NCBI RefSeq assembly: GCF_021028975.2 | Contig: NC_059428.1 | Span: 109,678,001-109,742,000 of the forward strand | Length of the DNA: 64,000 nucleotides | From: Sphaerodactylus townsendi | Lineage: Eukaryota | Reading direction: 5' to 3' | In this document: positions 24,211 through 36,715 of the stretch, in pieces | How the letters are laid out: each line of letters starts with the position of its first letter | Position numbering within the stretch: the stretch's first letter is position 1 | Notes under the pieces: generated by a model | Told to the model about the DNA's origin: nothing | Seen by the model: only the letters and a program-made list of their open reading frames with translations | The model's database searches: none | Position numbers and translations under genes: made by a program

Positions 24211-24318
24211 GGCGGAGGGTCATGGCGGACGATCCTTGCTGCTCTTGTGGTTGAGCCCGCTGTTCCTGGGATTGGCGGTGGGATGCTCGGGGCCCCTGCG
24301 ATGGCCCGTCCCGTACAG
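24209..24318 (+). CDS. CLN5: CLN5 (lysosomal BMP synthase) exon 1 with signal peptide
   Basis: aggATGG; MAEGHGGRSLLLLWLSPLFLGLAVGCSGPLRWPVPY(R)|gtgagt; the WPVPY motif is typical of CLN5. Confidence 0.9.
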
Positions 24319-24596
24319 GTGAGTCGGTCTGCTGCATCCGACAGGTAGAGAGGCAGCTCTTAGCAAGGGTCCTGCTGTGACCAGAGCCTCTTGCGGGCTA
24401 GTGCAGGAGCAGAGATGCCAGCCGACATTTGAACACTTTACCCCTCTGCCCGCATCAGACAGGGTGGAGGGAATAAGAATCAACAGGGATTGGGGAAGAC
24501 GTGGAGTTATTACCTGAACTGACAATAGTGGGGAAGGGCTGGTTTGACCCACAGTCTGGGTAGGTTGGGTATGTTTTTCAAGTGGCTGAATTAGAG

Positions 24597-24741
24597 CAGG
24601 GATGTCCAACTCTTAGTTCAGGGGTGTCCAACTCTGGCCCTTCAGATGTCCATGGACTACGATTCCCATCAGGTCCTGCCAGCATGGGCTGATGAGAATT
24701 GTAGTCCATGAACATCTGGAGGGCCAGAGTTGGGCACCCTG
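24597..24741. mobile_element. Palindromic hAT MITE with a duplicated left terminus, CLN5 intron 1
   Basis: cagggatgtccaactc-ttagtt-caggggtgtccaactc...gagttgggcaccctg; TSD aattagag/aattagat. Confidence 0.8.
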
Positions 24742-25371
24742 AATTAGATAAATACAGTTGGCATGTGTCACTCATTTAAAACAGATTAAGTGTTAGAATC
24801 CTGCTGCACCCCTTGCTTTGTACGTGCAGAAGCAAAGGAAATGTTTTGTTTAATTGACCTAACTAGTGCATTAAAAAAAAAATACTCTGCTTCTACAAGG
24901 CTCAGGACATGTGAAGAGGTACATTAGTGTCTGGGACCCATCCAAGGACACCTAGAATGCTTCAAAGCAGAGGGGGATTTGAACCCAGCTCTCTGAGTTG
25001 GCCACTGATCCCTTCAGCAAGCTAGTCCTCCACTTCCACTTCCTGATTTCTGCGTGTAAACAAAAATGCTCCTACTTTGAGTGGCCTGCCATGAATGTTG
25101 GTAGTCCTGGGCATCTTTGAAGTCAGGTGGCAGATAAATGTTTAGCACAAGATGCATGGAGGAACCCTGGAGTGTCTCGCTCCGTGGGTGTGTGGGGTGT
25201 GTGTTGGGGGGGGGGGGGGCAGCAAAATGCTGAGTGTTCAGGTTATGGATGGGTACTCAAAACAGCCAAATCAGAACTCATCACTGTACAGCCCAGAGGT
25301 AGGTACCAGCTTTAGCTTTTTGTGCACTGATCAAGTGTTATTTTTAATGTATTTATTTTAATTTAATGCAG

Positions 25372-25537
25372 GCGGTTTGATTCACGTCCTCCGGTGGATC
25401 CTTTTTGCCAGGCTCGTTATGCTTTCTGCCCAACTGGTACTTCCATTCCAGTAATGAACGACAAAGATGTCTTTGAGGTGTATCGGTTGCAAGCGCCTGT
25501 CTGGGAGTTCAAATATGGAGACCTCTTGGGTCAACTG
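25372..25537 (+). CDS. CLN5: CLN5 exon 2
   Basis: aatgcag|(R)[22 protein letters not shown]...[18 protein letters not shown]|gtaagc; 166 nt. Confidence 0.95.
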
Positions 25538-25579
25538 GTAAGCTGCTGTCTTTTCCGTCACCCCATCCTTTCACTTTTA

Positions 25580-25885
25580 GAAGAAGAGAGAAGAAGAGTT
25601 TGGATTTATATCCCCCCTTTCTCTCCTGTAGGAGACTCAAAGGGGCTGACAATCTCCTTGCCCTTCCCCCCTCACAACAAACACCCTGTGAGGTGGGTGG
25701 GGCTGAGAGAGCTCAGAAGAGCTGTGACTAGCCCAAGGTCACCCAGCTGGTGTGTGTGGGAGTGTACAGGCTAATCTGAATTCCCCAGATAAGCCTCCAC
25801 AGCTCAGGTGGCAGAGCTGGGGATCAAACCCGGTTCTTCCAGATTAGAGTATATCTTCTCTTAACCACTACGCTACTGCTGCTCC
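25580..25885 (-). mobile_element. tRNA-derived squamate SINE (Squam3-like) in CLN5 intron 2
   Basis: Reverse complement of the 14854-15130 family; explains the tail of ORF 25394..25774. Confidence 0.8.
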
Positions 25886-26044
25886 TTTTACCCTAATTAG
25901 GAACAAAATAAAAAAATTCAACAAATCAGCCTAAAGGATATGCACTCTAAGGCATCTGATGAAATGATCTCTGACTCACAAACACTTATGCTGGAACAAA
26001 TTGTTAGGCTGTTGAATGCCACAGGAATTCTGGTTCATCTAGCT

Positions 26045-26192
26045 CAGGGGTAGGGAACCTGCGGCTCTCCAGATGTTCAGGAACTACAATTCCCATCAGC
26101 CTCTGTCAGCATGGCCAATTGGCCATGCTGGTAGGGGCTGATGGGAATTGTAGTTCCTGAACATCTGGAGAGCCGCAGGTTCCCTACCCCTG
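26045..26192. mobile_element. Palindromic hAT MITE, about 148 bp
   Basis: CAGGGGTAGGGAACC...GGTTCCCTACCCCTG; perfect TSD ATCTAGCT. Confidence 0.9.
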
Positions 26193-28340
26193 ATCTAGCT
26201 GTATTCCTTCCATCTCCTGACCTCTTCAAGAATCTTCCATGCATGTTGGGATTTTTAAAAAAACAACAGCTTTCACATTTTTAATATTCAGGAGGAATTA
26301 AAGTTGGGTCCTGGGTCATGCTAATCACAAACAAGGTATAATAATAGCGTGAATTTGTTTCTCTTTTTTAGGTATTAATTTTGTGAAGGTTGTTTTTGCT
26401 TAGGGTTTGTCTACAGGTTAATTACATGGTACAGCCTTCCTAGAACTCTACCACTTTAGACATAGGAATTTACTTAACATGTTTACATTGTACCTTTTCC
26501 CTTATCCATGGCATCTTGCAATAGAACTCCATATTTATCAAATTACAACACAATTAGTACTTCGGCACTGTCAGTCTGGAGAGTCTGTTTTTCAGCTGCA
26601 GTCCTGCGCATAGTTCTCTGGTAGCAAAGCCCTTCGAATTCACCAGGATTTAACTCAGAACAAACCTGCCCAGAATCAGAAAAATGAGATGTAGAAAGTC
26701 TGTGTATTCCTGAACCTTAGCAGGGTTTTGTGGTTCTTGGCAACACATTGCTTTGTGCATAGAAGGTACTTCATTTTGATCATGGGAACTCCAGTTAGAA
26801 GATGATCTTGGAAGGGCCCTGCTGGAAATCTTGGAGAGATATTTCTGGGTTTTCCAGTCCAACTGTCAGATGGCTTCAAATGAAGAGGTTGCATTTTGCA
26901 AATCCTGGCTTGTTCTTTCAGCTGGCGTGCATAAAAACTGTATTTTAATTCCTGAATAGACCAGTGTTTTGCAGAGTCTGAGTATCTAAGCCAGTTAATT
27001 TTACTGTATTGACTGTCCAATACAGATGGGGGTGGACTGGAATGACTCCCAGAGGTGGCATGGGGCCACACTGGCTGATTTGTCCTTCTTGGGGCAGTTA
27101 CCCTGGCAGAGAGGCAGATATGGCCACTGCAGCCCTCCAAGGTGCCCACTCACAGCACTGAGCCCTGCTGGCACAGTGGGGGTGTTTTGGAGGCATTGCT
27201 GTGGGTGGAGGCAACGTTAGTCAGCTCCAGTTACACTGTGGCCCAGGACTCTGACTTCTGCTATCCTTTTGGTCTATGTACCCAAATGGAGGCCTTCCTG
27301 GTGGCGGGGAGTCCTTTATTTATTTATTTTTTGCCTCCCTACACTGCTGTCTAGAGGCAGTGAGGCGGCACGGCAGCCGCAGCACCATCCCCACCCACCT
27401 GGTGCTCTGGATTGGGCTGTTGGATGTGCTTAATTCAGCATAGGATTGGGTTGTAGGTTGCTGTAGCTTTGATCAGTAGCTTTATTCAGTATGAGCATTT
27501 AACTATAAATATAAAAAGAAATAAGGCCTTATGGATGTGAACCCCACATTTTTCTCAGTGGATGGAGCAGATGCATTTGCAAGGGAAAGTTCGCATCCAT
27601 GTTCTTGCTCTCTGTCACGGTGAGCTGTAATGGGGGCAAAATGAACCCACTGCAGGTGGCCAAAAGCAAGATGGGGGAGGGGAAATGCCTTTGCCCAGAT
27701 CTAGAGGTGTCCATCCCAGGCTGAGATTCCATTAGTATGATTGATGACTTCAGAAATTATGGCACCCTGTCAGCCGTGCATGTTGAGTGTTTTCAAGAAA
27801 CAATTAGAGCCCAGTAACACCTTAGGAACCAACAAGATTTTTGGTGTATGAGTTTTTGAGAGTCAAAGCTCTCTTTGTCAGCAACAAGCCGAACTGGAGA
27901 TTCCTGAATCCTTTACCCCAGTTAGAAGGTGGGAGGGGGCTGCAAAGAAGGGACACAGAACGCAAGGGTGCAATGCACATTGCAGTCAACTTGTTTTGAA
28001 ATACTTAGAGGCGGAGAAATAGCATCTATAGTAACAAAAGAATTATGTGCCCCTATTGAATCCTGGGGTGTCCACTGTTCTGAATTTATGAATGAATTCA
28101 AGGTCAGGAATCTCTGAGAAGCAAGCCCCTGGAGAAGTTCCCACTCAGTATTATAAGGGTGAAGGAGATTGAAGCAGGAAGCCCCAACTTCTCCCTCCAG
28201 TCCACAACTTTCACAATTGTGTCTCTGAGCAGGAGGTTCCAATTCCACATGGTGCACAGAAACCATGAAGAAACAGCCATGTCCTGTTTGGAAAGTTCTT
28301 CCCTGGGAATCAGTGGGTCAGCTATTGTTTTTCTTTTCAG

Positions 28341-28566
28341 AGAATCATGCATGATGCTGTTGGCTTCAAGAACTCTTTAACAGGGAAGAATTATACGATG
28401 GAGTGGTATGAACTGTCCCAGTTGGGGAACTGTACATTTCCGCACCTCCGCCCTGACATGCTCGCACCTTTTTGGTGTAATCAAGGCGCTGCCTGCTTTT
28501 ACGAAGGGATCAACGACGCCCACTGGAAAGAGAATGGAACCTTGGTTCTGGTCACCACCATTTCCG
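28341..28566 (+). CDS. CLN5: CLN5 exon 3
   Basis: cttttcag|[38 protein letters not shown]...[15 protein letters not shown]...TIS(G)|gtaaaa; 226 nt. Confidence 0.95.
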
Positions 28567-31229
28567 GTAAAAAAATCCAAACTTAGTTCTGTGGATTGTT
28601 TATGCATTTAGGATTCAGGAGCTAATATTGCATGATTGCTCTTCTAGGGTGAACGAACACACAAAAACTCACGTGTTGCAACCACATGTAGTTCAGTGAT
28701 AACCACTCAGTGGTTCAGGATCCAGCCCCTCTGGCTCTTCTGAGCACTGGTCCCAAATGTGGCACCTGCCCTTTGTCTCAGGAAAGTACACAAGGCCCTT
28801 GCCTAGTGGGAACTGTAGTTGGCAGGAGCTTCCCACCTTCAAGTTTCGACCACCAGAGGAACAGGGGAAGCCCCAAGCCTCCCTGAACTTCAGGCCTCAT
28901 GCTAGGGGAGGAAGAAAATGTGTCTCTCTGTGAGCTGTGGAGAGTCCTAGAGGTGTAGGGCACTATCAGGTTTGCCTCCAGAAGCCTGTTCAGTACCCCC
29001 CAGCCTTCCTAAACATCAGCAATTTCCTCTAGAAGTAAAGTTCTTTACTTTTGCATTCTTTTTCACTGTCATACAAGCCATGTAGCAGCCTAAACAACCC
29101 AGGGTTGCTATGAAGAGGCTGACAAAATATCTCTTGTCTGGAAAACCCTATGGCAGGGTTTTCCTACCGATTTGTTCTGAATGCCAGATATGACATAAAT
29201 GTGATGGTTGGGCCAGGTCCTGCCAGGGGGAGAGGGTGCCTCAGCTGGCGAGTTTACAAACTTGCCCAGATCAACACTGGAGGAGCAGGGATGGCTGCCT
29301 CAGCTGGACTCACCAGCTCAGATTGACATGGGAGCTGACTCACCAGACCAGATTGGGAGTGGGGTAGGATGGCAGGGTGGGTGTCTGAACTGGTGAACCC
29401 ACAGCAGGCTCACCAGGCCAGACCAGACCAGGAGCAAGGGGGAGTTGCCTCAGCTGGCTTGCCTGATAAACCCTCTCAAGGGACTTCATCTGGCCCCCAG
29501 GATGCAGGTTTGACACCCCTGCCCTACAGGGTCACCATAAGCCAGCCGCAACTTGCGGCCCAAAAAACTTCCAAGAAACAAGACAAACCATTCCTGTCTC
29601 TTATGATTTTGGCACAGAAATCAGGGTGGCTCTTCCATGATTCTTTGCAATAAAATTGACATGAAAAAGATTCTGCATTTCGAAACAGCATTATGTGCAG
29701 GGGAACTGCCTCTACTTCTAGACGGTTTGCAGGCGTTCTAAAGGTAACATAACTAAACTACTGGTGGAGGGAAGTGAATCAATGGCTGTGTGGCACTTAG
29801 AGGGCAGGAGACACCCAGTTGATAAATCAGAGTGAGCTGTCAAGGGGATCACACCCACTGATCACATGATTGCGGCTGCAGAATGAGATGCATCAAAGGC
29901 CTCTGCCCTTGTCAAAGGTGCTGACTCTCCCTTCAGTCTCTGTAGTGCTCTTGAAAGTCTAAACAGAGGCTGAAGTGGAATCCAGAGTTGTTGTTCCAGA
30001 GTTAGCCTTATTCTGCATATCCTGTTTTACATATAGCAGCTCTTAAGAGAAGGGTCAAAATGATGCCCAGGAAATGTGAAAGGTTCCCGAAGAGTGGAGT
30101 AGAAATTGCCAAATTTGGGTGGGGATCATATATGCTGGGGAGTGGCTAGCGGGGGAAATATAAATGGCCGGCTGCTGCCGTCATCATTTGGTGACAGCTT
30201 GAATTTCTAGCTGTGTTTTGGTATTGAAGATGAAAAGTTAATGTCTTGCATAGAATTACATAGTTAATCCTGTAATGACGGGTTTTAAAAACCACACCAA
30301 GAGCTGAACTGGAGTTAAAATCTTTAATAGACATAAAGATGACAGATCTTATGATTTGTGGCTTTGTGTAGCTGGGTCAGATTGATTTGTCTGGGGAGTT
30401 CCGTGTTAAGATATAATGCAGCTGAAGTTAAGCTCCTAAGTCCCACTGATATCAGCCCTGAAAGATTCAACCACATACCCACACGTTCCTGGTTGAATTG
30501 GATAGCTGGATTGTGCCCAATGCTTTGTCATCCATCTTCCAAATGAAAAGCAATCCTGTGCCTGCTCTGATGAAAGCATCAAGCTGTTAGGACACATTCT
30601 TGGGTTTGTCTCTGTTAGGAGGGAATAGAGGGAAGATTCCTGTGGTCACCAGCTTCCTAGAGAGGCAGAGATGGCATCAAGGAATTGCGGAAGGAGAGAC
30701 ATTAAAGACTTGGGGCCAATTCACACACTTAGCTTAATCTTAATCAGCATAGCTCTGTCCACAGGATGGGAGAAGGGGAAAGTGTATGTACATATCACAC
30801 CATGATATGCAATATGGACTGCACACACATGCTTCTGCGTGAGGAGCAACAAAGAGGGGCATACATAAGGCCTGTGGATCATGTTTTGGGGTGGTGGGTG
30901 GAAGTGGGTAGAAGGTAGTGATCAGGAAAGAACAAGGAATATGCATATTGACGTGAAGGCTGCAAAGGGAATTATGAGGTATAAATGCCAAGTGCAGGCT
31001 GTTTGGGGCATTTCAGTAGCAGGTAAATGTTATGTTATAGGCAGGGCTTTAATGCCCGGCACAGCTCCTCCCTCCTCCCTGTGACAGGAAAAAATGGAAT
31101 ACCTCATGCAGAAAAAGAAAAATATGGACACTCGTGCACTGCTAGACCTGTACTGCTATTGGGGAAAGGAGCGTCTCTTCTCCCTCTCATGTGATAGTAT
31201 TCAGCTGTTTCTCTCTGCCTCCCTTCCAG

Positions 31230-31775
31230 GAGCTATGTTCAACCAGATGGCAAAATGGGTGGACTCCGATAACAGAACTGGAATTTACTACGAGACCTGG
31301 ATGGTCCAAGAGAGTCCAGAGGAGCGGGCCAGCGTGGTTTGAGGCCTATGAGTGCTCCAAATTTGTCCTGAGGATGTATCAAAAACTGGCGGACTTGGGA
31401 GCAGTTTTCAAAAAGATACAGACCAATTACACCACTCTTACCCTCTTCAGTAAAGAGCCCATTTGCCTTGGGAATGAAACCTCCATCTTTGGACCCCAAG
31501 GCAACAAAACACTGGCTATGGCTATCAGGGACTTCTATTCTCCCTTCAAACCTTATCATTCAGTCACGGACGTCTTCAGAAACTTCTGGAAAATATTCAA
31601 CGAAGTGATTCTGCAGCGTCACTTCTACTTCTTCTACAACTTGGAATACTGGTTTTTACCTGTAAAATACCCTTTTGTCAAAATAGCCTACGAAGAAATC
31701 CCATTACCCAGTACAAAAGCCAGTAGATTGCATCCACCTTCACAAAGGACATCGGCAAATGCAACTGTGTTGTGA
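31230..31775 (+). CDS. CLN5: CLN5 exon 4 (terminal), with a frameshift at about 31334-31337
   Basis: cttccag|(G)[35 protein letters not shown] then TGA at 31340-31342; homology continues in another frame as [13 protein letters not shown]...YEEIPLP (ORF 31191..31775). Confidence 0.9.
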   Translation, partial: ELCSTRWQNGWTPITELEFTTRPGWSKRVQRSGPAWFEAYECSKFVLRMYQKLADLGAVFKKIQTNYTTLTLFSKEPICLGNETSIFGPQGNKTLAMAIRDFYSPFKPYHSVTDVFRNFWKIFNEVILQRHFYFFYNLEYWFLPVKYPFVKIAYEEIPLPSTKASRLHPPSQRTSANATVL

Positions 31776-33729
31776 AATCCGTCAAGTACTGGTAAATTTC
31801 TGTATTTCTATCAGGAGAAAGGCCTGTGAAGAAGATTCAGCTTAAAAGCCAACCTGCCTTGTCTTGCACTGTGTAAGAACTGGGGATTCTTTTATATACC
31901 AATCTGACTCGTATATACAGCATGGTAAGACAGCAGACCATATTAGCTGCTGGCTGGGTGCATTCCACCAAAACTGTACTCAGTGGTGTACTCCATAGGT
32001 GTACTCTTCCAAAATGGTGCCTTGTGCCCGTTTAATTAAGACCCCCAAGCAGTCCTGGAGGAGGAAGACTGTTCACATGGGAAAGATCTTCCAGTTTCAT
32101 TCTTGCTCTTATATTCTGAAGAATTGCCAGGACGGCATCTTAAGGTACTCAGTCAGAATTGGCCTACAGAAATACTTTATGATAATATAACAGGTGCAAA
32201 CTGTTTACAGTGGACAACTGGGCATAGGAAGAAACTTCCAGTTTTGCTTCTGGATCAGGAGCTTTGGTGCAGTAATTTCCGTGGCTGCAAGGATTTCCTT
32301 GCCTTGTGTTCCTTTGACAGCCCCAGATAGTCTTCATGGGAGATGGGATAATGATGCTCTCCATGTGGAAGTCCTTTTGCACCTACAAAAACATAAGTCT
32401 GGGTCCAACCAAGGTGGACAAAAACAGGTCCTCATAATTGTTCTGTAAGTTAGAGCGAAGTTGGCCTTATCTGTGAAGTTAAGAAGGGTCAGCCCTGATT
32501 AGTTTTTGGATTGCAGACCACCAAGCAAGTCCAGGGTTCTTACCCAGAGGCAGGCAATGGCAGACCGTCTCTGAATGTCTCCTGCCTTGAAAACTCCACC
32601 AGTTCGGATTTAACAGTACTTTCCACTGCCAACTTACAGCCACACTGATGACTTGGTGCACTTGCTTAGAAAAAAAGCTGATTTATAAATGTGCCTGTAG
32701 GGCTTTACTTATACAATGTAACTTCCCACTCAACCAAGCTCACAAGCTCATGTCTGCATACTCTGCTACAGGAGAGAAAACTATGAATCAAGTCCTAGGA
32801 AACTTCTGGGTGGTTTTGCTGTTGAATTAAAAGCATTCATTCTTCAGGTTCTCATTCCACTGTGTGAAAGAATGAATGCTGTGAAACATTCTCTGAGACC
32901 TGTCCTCATTTCCTCCCAAAATCTGGAATTAGAATATTAAAGAATTGAAAAACTGGAACAATCTGGAAGGTTTAAACTCCTGAAACTTTCACTAGGGGGG
33001 TGGGCACAATATCCAGGCAGTCTGAAACCTAATCCCCTTATATTACAGACAGCAAGTCTTTGATAAGTCTTCAAGAAATGTGCCCAGAATAATTCTTCGC
33101 AGTATTCCTTCCCCTTCAGCACAACATACATTGAACTACCAGGTATTAGGAGATACTAGGTTGGAAGAAATGATTTGCAGGAAGGAGCAATTAAGGAATC
33201 TGCTTTTTTAGCAATTGAAGCAATGATTCATTGTTCTCCCTAACTTCACTTTCCCAAGACATCTCTTGAGATAAGGAAGAAGGTAATTAAATCAGCAAGG
33301 TATGATCTTAGCATCACTTTTCTCAGGATAGCTGATGGTGTGATGTTCTGCAGAGATAGGTGGCTTCTTCTAAGAGTCCAGGCTGGGCTGCTTGTGATAA
33401 TTACAGCACATGTAAAAGGAACAAGGCAGTAAGGGACACTCAAAGCTCAACTACATTTTTTTCCAGCAGTGCAACCCTAAGTAGAGTTACATGATTTTGA
33501 GCCCCTTGACTTCAATGTACATAGAAGGGTATAACACTGTTTAGGATTGCACTGTGTGTCTGGCAGATATCCAGTTTCTCCAAAACATACATGGGTGACT
33601 ACACACAGATAGCAAGTAGATGTACTTCTGTTAATACTGCTATTCAATGTCACATCACCCGGTCCCCACAGGATATCACTGGGCTGCAGTCTATGACATC
33701 ATTAAGTTCTACCTAATGAAGCTTGGGGT

Positions 33730-34030
33730 TTATTTTATTTATTTATTTATTTATTAAACTTTTATACCGCCCCATCCTCTAGGGGCTCTGGGCGGTGTAC
33801 AGCATAAAACATGGTAAAACAAGTCACTAAAATCTTTAAAACAGCGGTAACAAACATTAATAGTAATCCATAAAATAGCTTAAAACTCATAAAACAGCAA
33901 AAAACCATAATACATAATAAAAGGCGTCCGACCCCAATTTAAAACCTACCCCCATGGGGGGGGGGGATGGCAGGACCCCTCAATAGGAGGGGACCCTGAT
34001 GTAACTGCCCTAGGGGCAGGGCAGTAAGGG
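33730..34030 (-). mobile_element. L2 LINE 3' UTR fragment
   Basis: (TTTA)n tail plus ttataccgccc...gggcgg stem; similar to positions 30-160. Confidence 0.6.
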
Positions 34031-36575
34031 GGCATATGATAGGAACCTGGTAACTCTAGTGCCCCCTGACATAGTCATGCACTTATGTATGCCCCAATAG
34101 TTTTAGTTACGGGCCTGACCCTGGTCTGTTCCACAATCAAGAACCTTCTGCCCCTTTTAAGATGTAGGAGTGACTTTTCTGAAGCTGTGGTACTGTAGCC
34201 ATCAGCCTTTCCAGAGCCATCTCTATCCTCCCCGTGGCAGTATGGGGACCAAAGAGCTGCCATGTGAGCTGGAAAGAATCTGCTATTGACATGATAGAGG
34301 AGAGGAGCCAGTTATGATTGTCAAAGGGTGTCCAGCCAGCTTAGACTAAGAGAGGGCAGGGAAGCTTCTGGGTGAGCAGCAACAGGTGCACTGACAAGCC
34401 AGCACAATCAGGTTCATTTGGGTTTAGAACACACACAAAATAGTTCAAGGAGCTTTCTCCTCACCATGCATACCCATGAACCCATCCTCATCCTCCTCAC
34501 CCCATGCTCTCTGGACTGTATTTGCAGTGCAAAGCAAACTTTCCACACACGCACAAAACAGCTTTTTCAGAGCAGATGTCCATCATCCCATACTCTTGGG
34601 TGGAGTGCTGAAAGGCCAAAGGGGGCAGAAAATTAGAGGAATTAGACAGTTTACAAGGAAGAGGGGCTTCATACTGTGGTGCAAGCATTGTGCTGAGCAA
34701 TGTTCCCTATAAGCTGCGCAAATGCGCAGCCATGCAGACGGGAGTTCTCGCAGGCAGCCCTGTGCCATTCAGTAGAAGGGAACTTCCACGCAGTTCCCTA
34801 CCATGGTTAGAGGGGGTACTAGTGCTCAGCATTTTAGCCCAGACTGTTGGAGGGGCAGCCAAGCTTTTGACAAGATTCTCAAGCTCACCTGTGCAAAAAA
34901 AAAATCACATGTGTAAGCTCACCGTACCATTCGCCTGCTCCCCTCAGCATACATGCAAAAGAGTTGAATGACACAGTAACCTCTGCTCTACAACACATGC
35001 ACGCTAGCAGCAAACAGAGAAGTTCTTTAGGAGCCCCCATCCAGTTGGCAGGCTCTCTGAAGTTGCTCCATGAAGTTCCAATGATTGCTCCACACAGCTG
35101 CAGAACCTAATTGTGAGAATGCACAGAGAGAGTACAACAGGGGTTGTTATTGGAGACTACAAAAGAAGAAGTGCTTTCCATGTGGCCTCTAGAGCTAGGC
35201 CAACTGACAGAACAAACTCAGAAGGAACAGGGACCTGCAGAGTTTCCAGGAACTATCAAGGCGGTTTCGATGCTCAGGCATTTGGCCAGCCTGGTTAAAT
35301 ACATTACTGCCATTTCATCTGGCCTCCAGTGAGCATAAAGGTGGGGAGGGAGGAAGGAAAGGACAGCCATTTTACATTATTGATAATTATTTGTTTTATG
35401 TACATTTTATATTCAACTGTCCCTATGTCCTATCGAGGCAGTGATGAATACCCAGCACTCCAGATGTTATGGACTACAATTCCCATCAGCCCTGCCAGCA
35501 TGGCCAGTTGGCCATGCTGGCAGGCAATGAAGTGAATCCTGTAACATCTGGAGTATAAGGCCCTGCAAACCTAGGGGGGGAGGGTGGTCTAGAAATTTAA
35601 TAAATAACAACAACAACCACTGTGGCTCAGCAGTTCCACTGTAATAAAAAACAGCATTCCAAAACCTTGTGGAATGCTGACTGACAAGCGGTCTATTTGT
35701 GCATGCTGGGTCTATGGAATTTCATTGGCAGTACAGAATGGTAGCCTCCACCTCTTAAACTGCATCTAACTCAAACGAACAGTTGGATCCACTTAGCCCA
35801 ACTTCTTTCTAACACTGACCAACCAAATGTCCCTGAGAAGCTCACACATGGAGTGCACGCCAGTGTTCTCTGGTTGCCCTGCATTGATTGTCCAATTTCC
35901 TTATGAGACCTGGAGCTCTAGTACCGTCAGAACGGGGAACACAGACCTTTCTCTACACCATCCACAATGTCATGGCCTTCCAACAACAACTGCTTGTGAT
36001 AAATGAAAACACCCTGTAAGATGCTCCAAACCCTTGGCAAGTTCCTTGCCATCTCCAACTGGATATCTTTTGTACTCACAACCAGAACAGTACTCAGTAT
36101 TTCAAGTGCTGCCACCCCACAGGTTTCCATGAAGGAAATATGGTAACGACTGCTGTGTTTTCAACACTTCTACTAATTGTCACTAACATGGAATTTGCCT
36201 TTTTTTAGTGTTGCCGCACATGACACCAATGGGGTTATCCACCATTACCCCCAATTTTTTTTCTCAGCCCGTCAATTCCATTTCCACCAGCATAGTTGCC
36301 ATCTTTCTGCTGCAGAATGCACCGCTTACTTTCATTTTGCTTGTGTTGCTGCAATCTGAGCAATTTGATCTCGTCTGCAAACTGTGTTCACTTCTCCCAC
36401 CTGATCATTTATGAAGAAACAGCACTATTCCCAGTACAACTTTCTGTGGAAACTTCAGAGTTTATTTCTGGGAAAGCTGTATGGAGGAATCTGATTTCCT
36501 CATTGAAGCCCATGAGAGAGGAAGATATATGAATGCAGAGCTTTGGTGTGCCTTTAACAGGAGTTATCACTAAAT

Positions 36576-36715
36576 CAGGGGTGTCCAACTCTGGCGCCCA
36601 AGATGCTCATGGACTACGATTCCCATCAGCCCCTGCCAGCATGGCCAAATGCTGGCAGGGGCTGATGGGAATCATAGTCCATGAACATCTGGGGCACCGG
36701 AGTTGGACACCCCTG
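36576..36715. mobile_element. Palindromic hAT MITE
   Basis: CAGGGGTGTCCAACTC / GAGTTGGACACCCCTG; TSD cactaaat/cactagat. Confidence 0.85.

Noticed and set aside
12545-26192. Recurring roughly 150-bp palindromes as a CRISPR-like array or miRNA genes
   Set aside because: Dispersed rather than arrayed, with CAGGGG termini and 8-bp TSDs typical of hAT MITEs; eukaryotic context
26676-27149. 157-aa minus-strand ORF in CLN5 intron 2
   Set aside because: No recognisable homology or splice context; partly overlaps repeat-like sequence
31320-31345. Programmed ribosomal frameshift or micro-intron as a rescue of the CLN5 frameshift
   Set aside because: No slippery heptamer, no GT-AG pair that restores frame without deleting conserved residues, and a simple 2-nt loss in GTGTGG explains it
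34030-34330. Possible DIRS-type retroelement fragment (also about 46900-47200)
   Set aside because: Only a vague resemblance; no motif I could verify by eye
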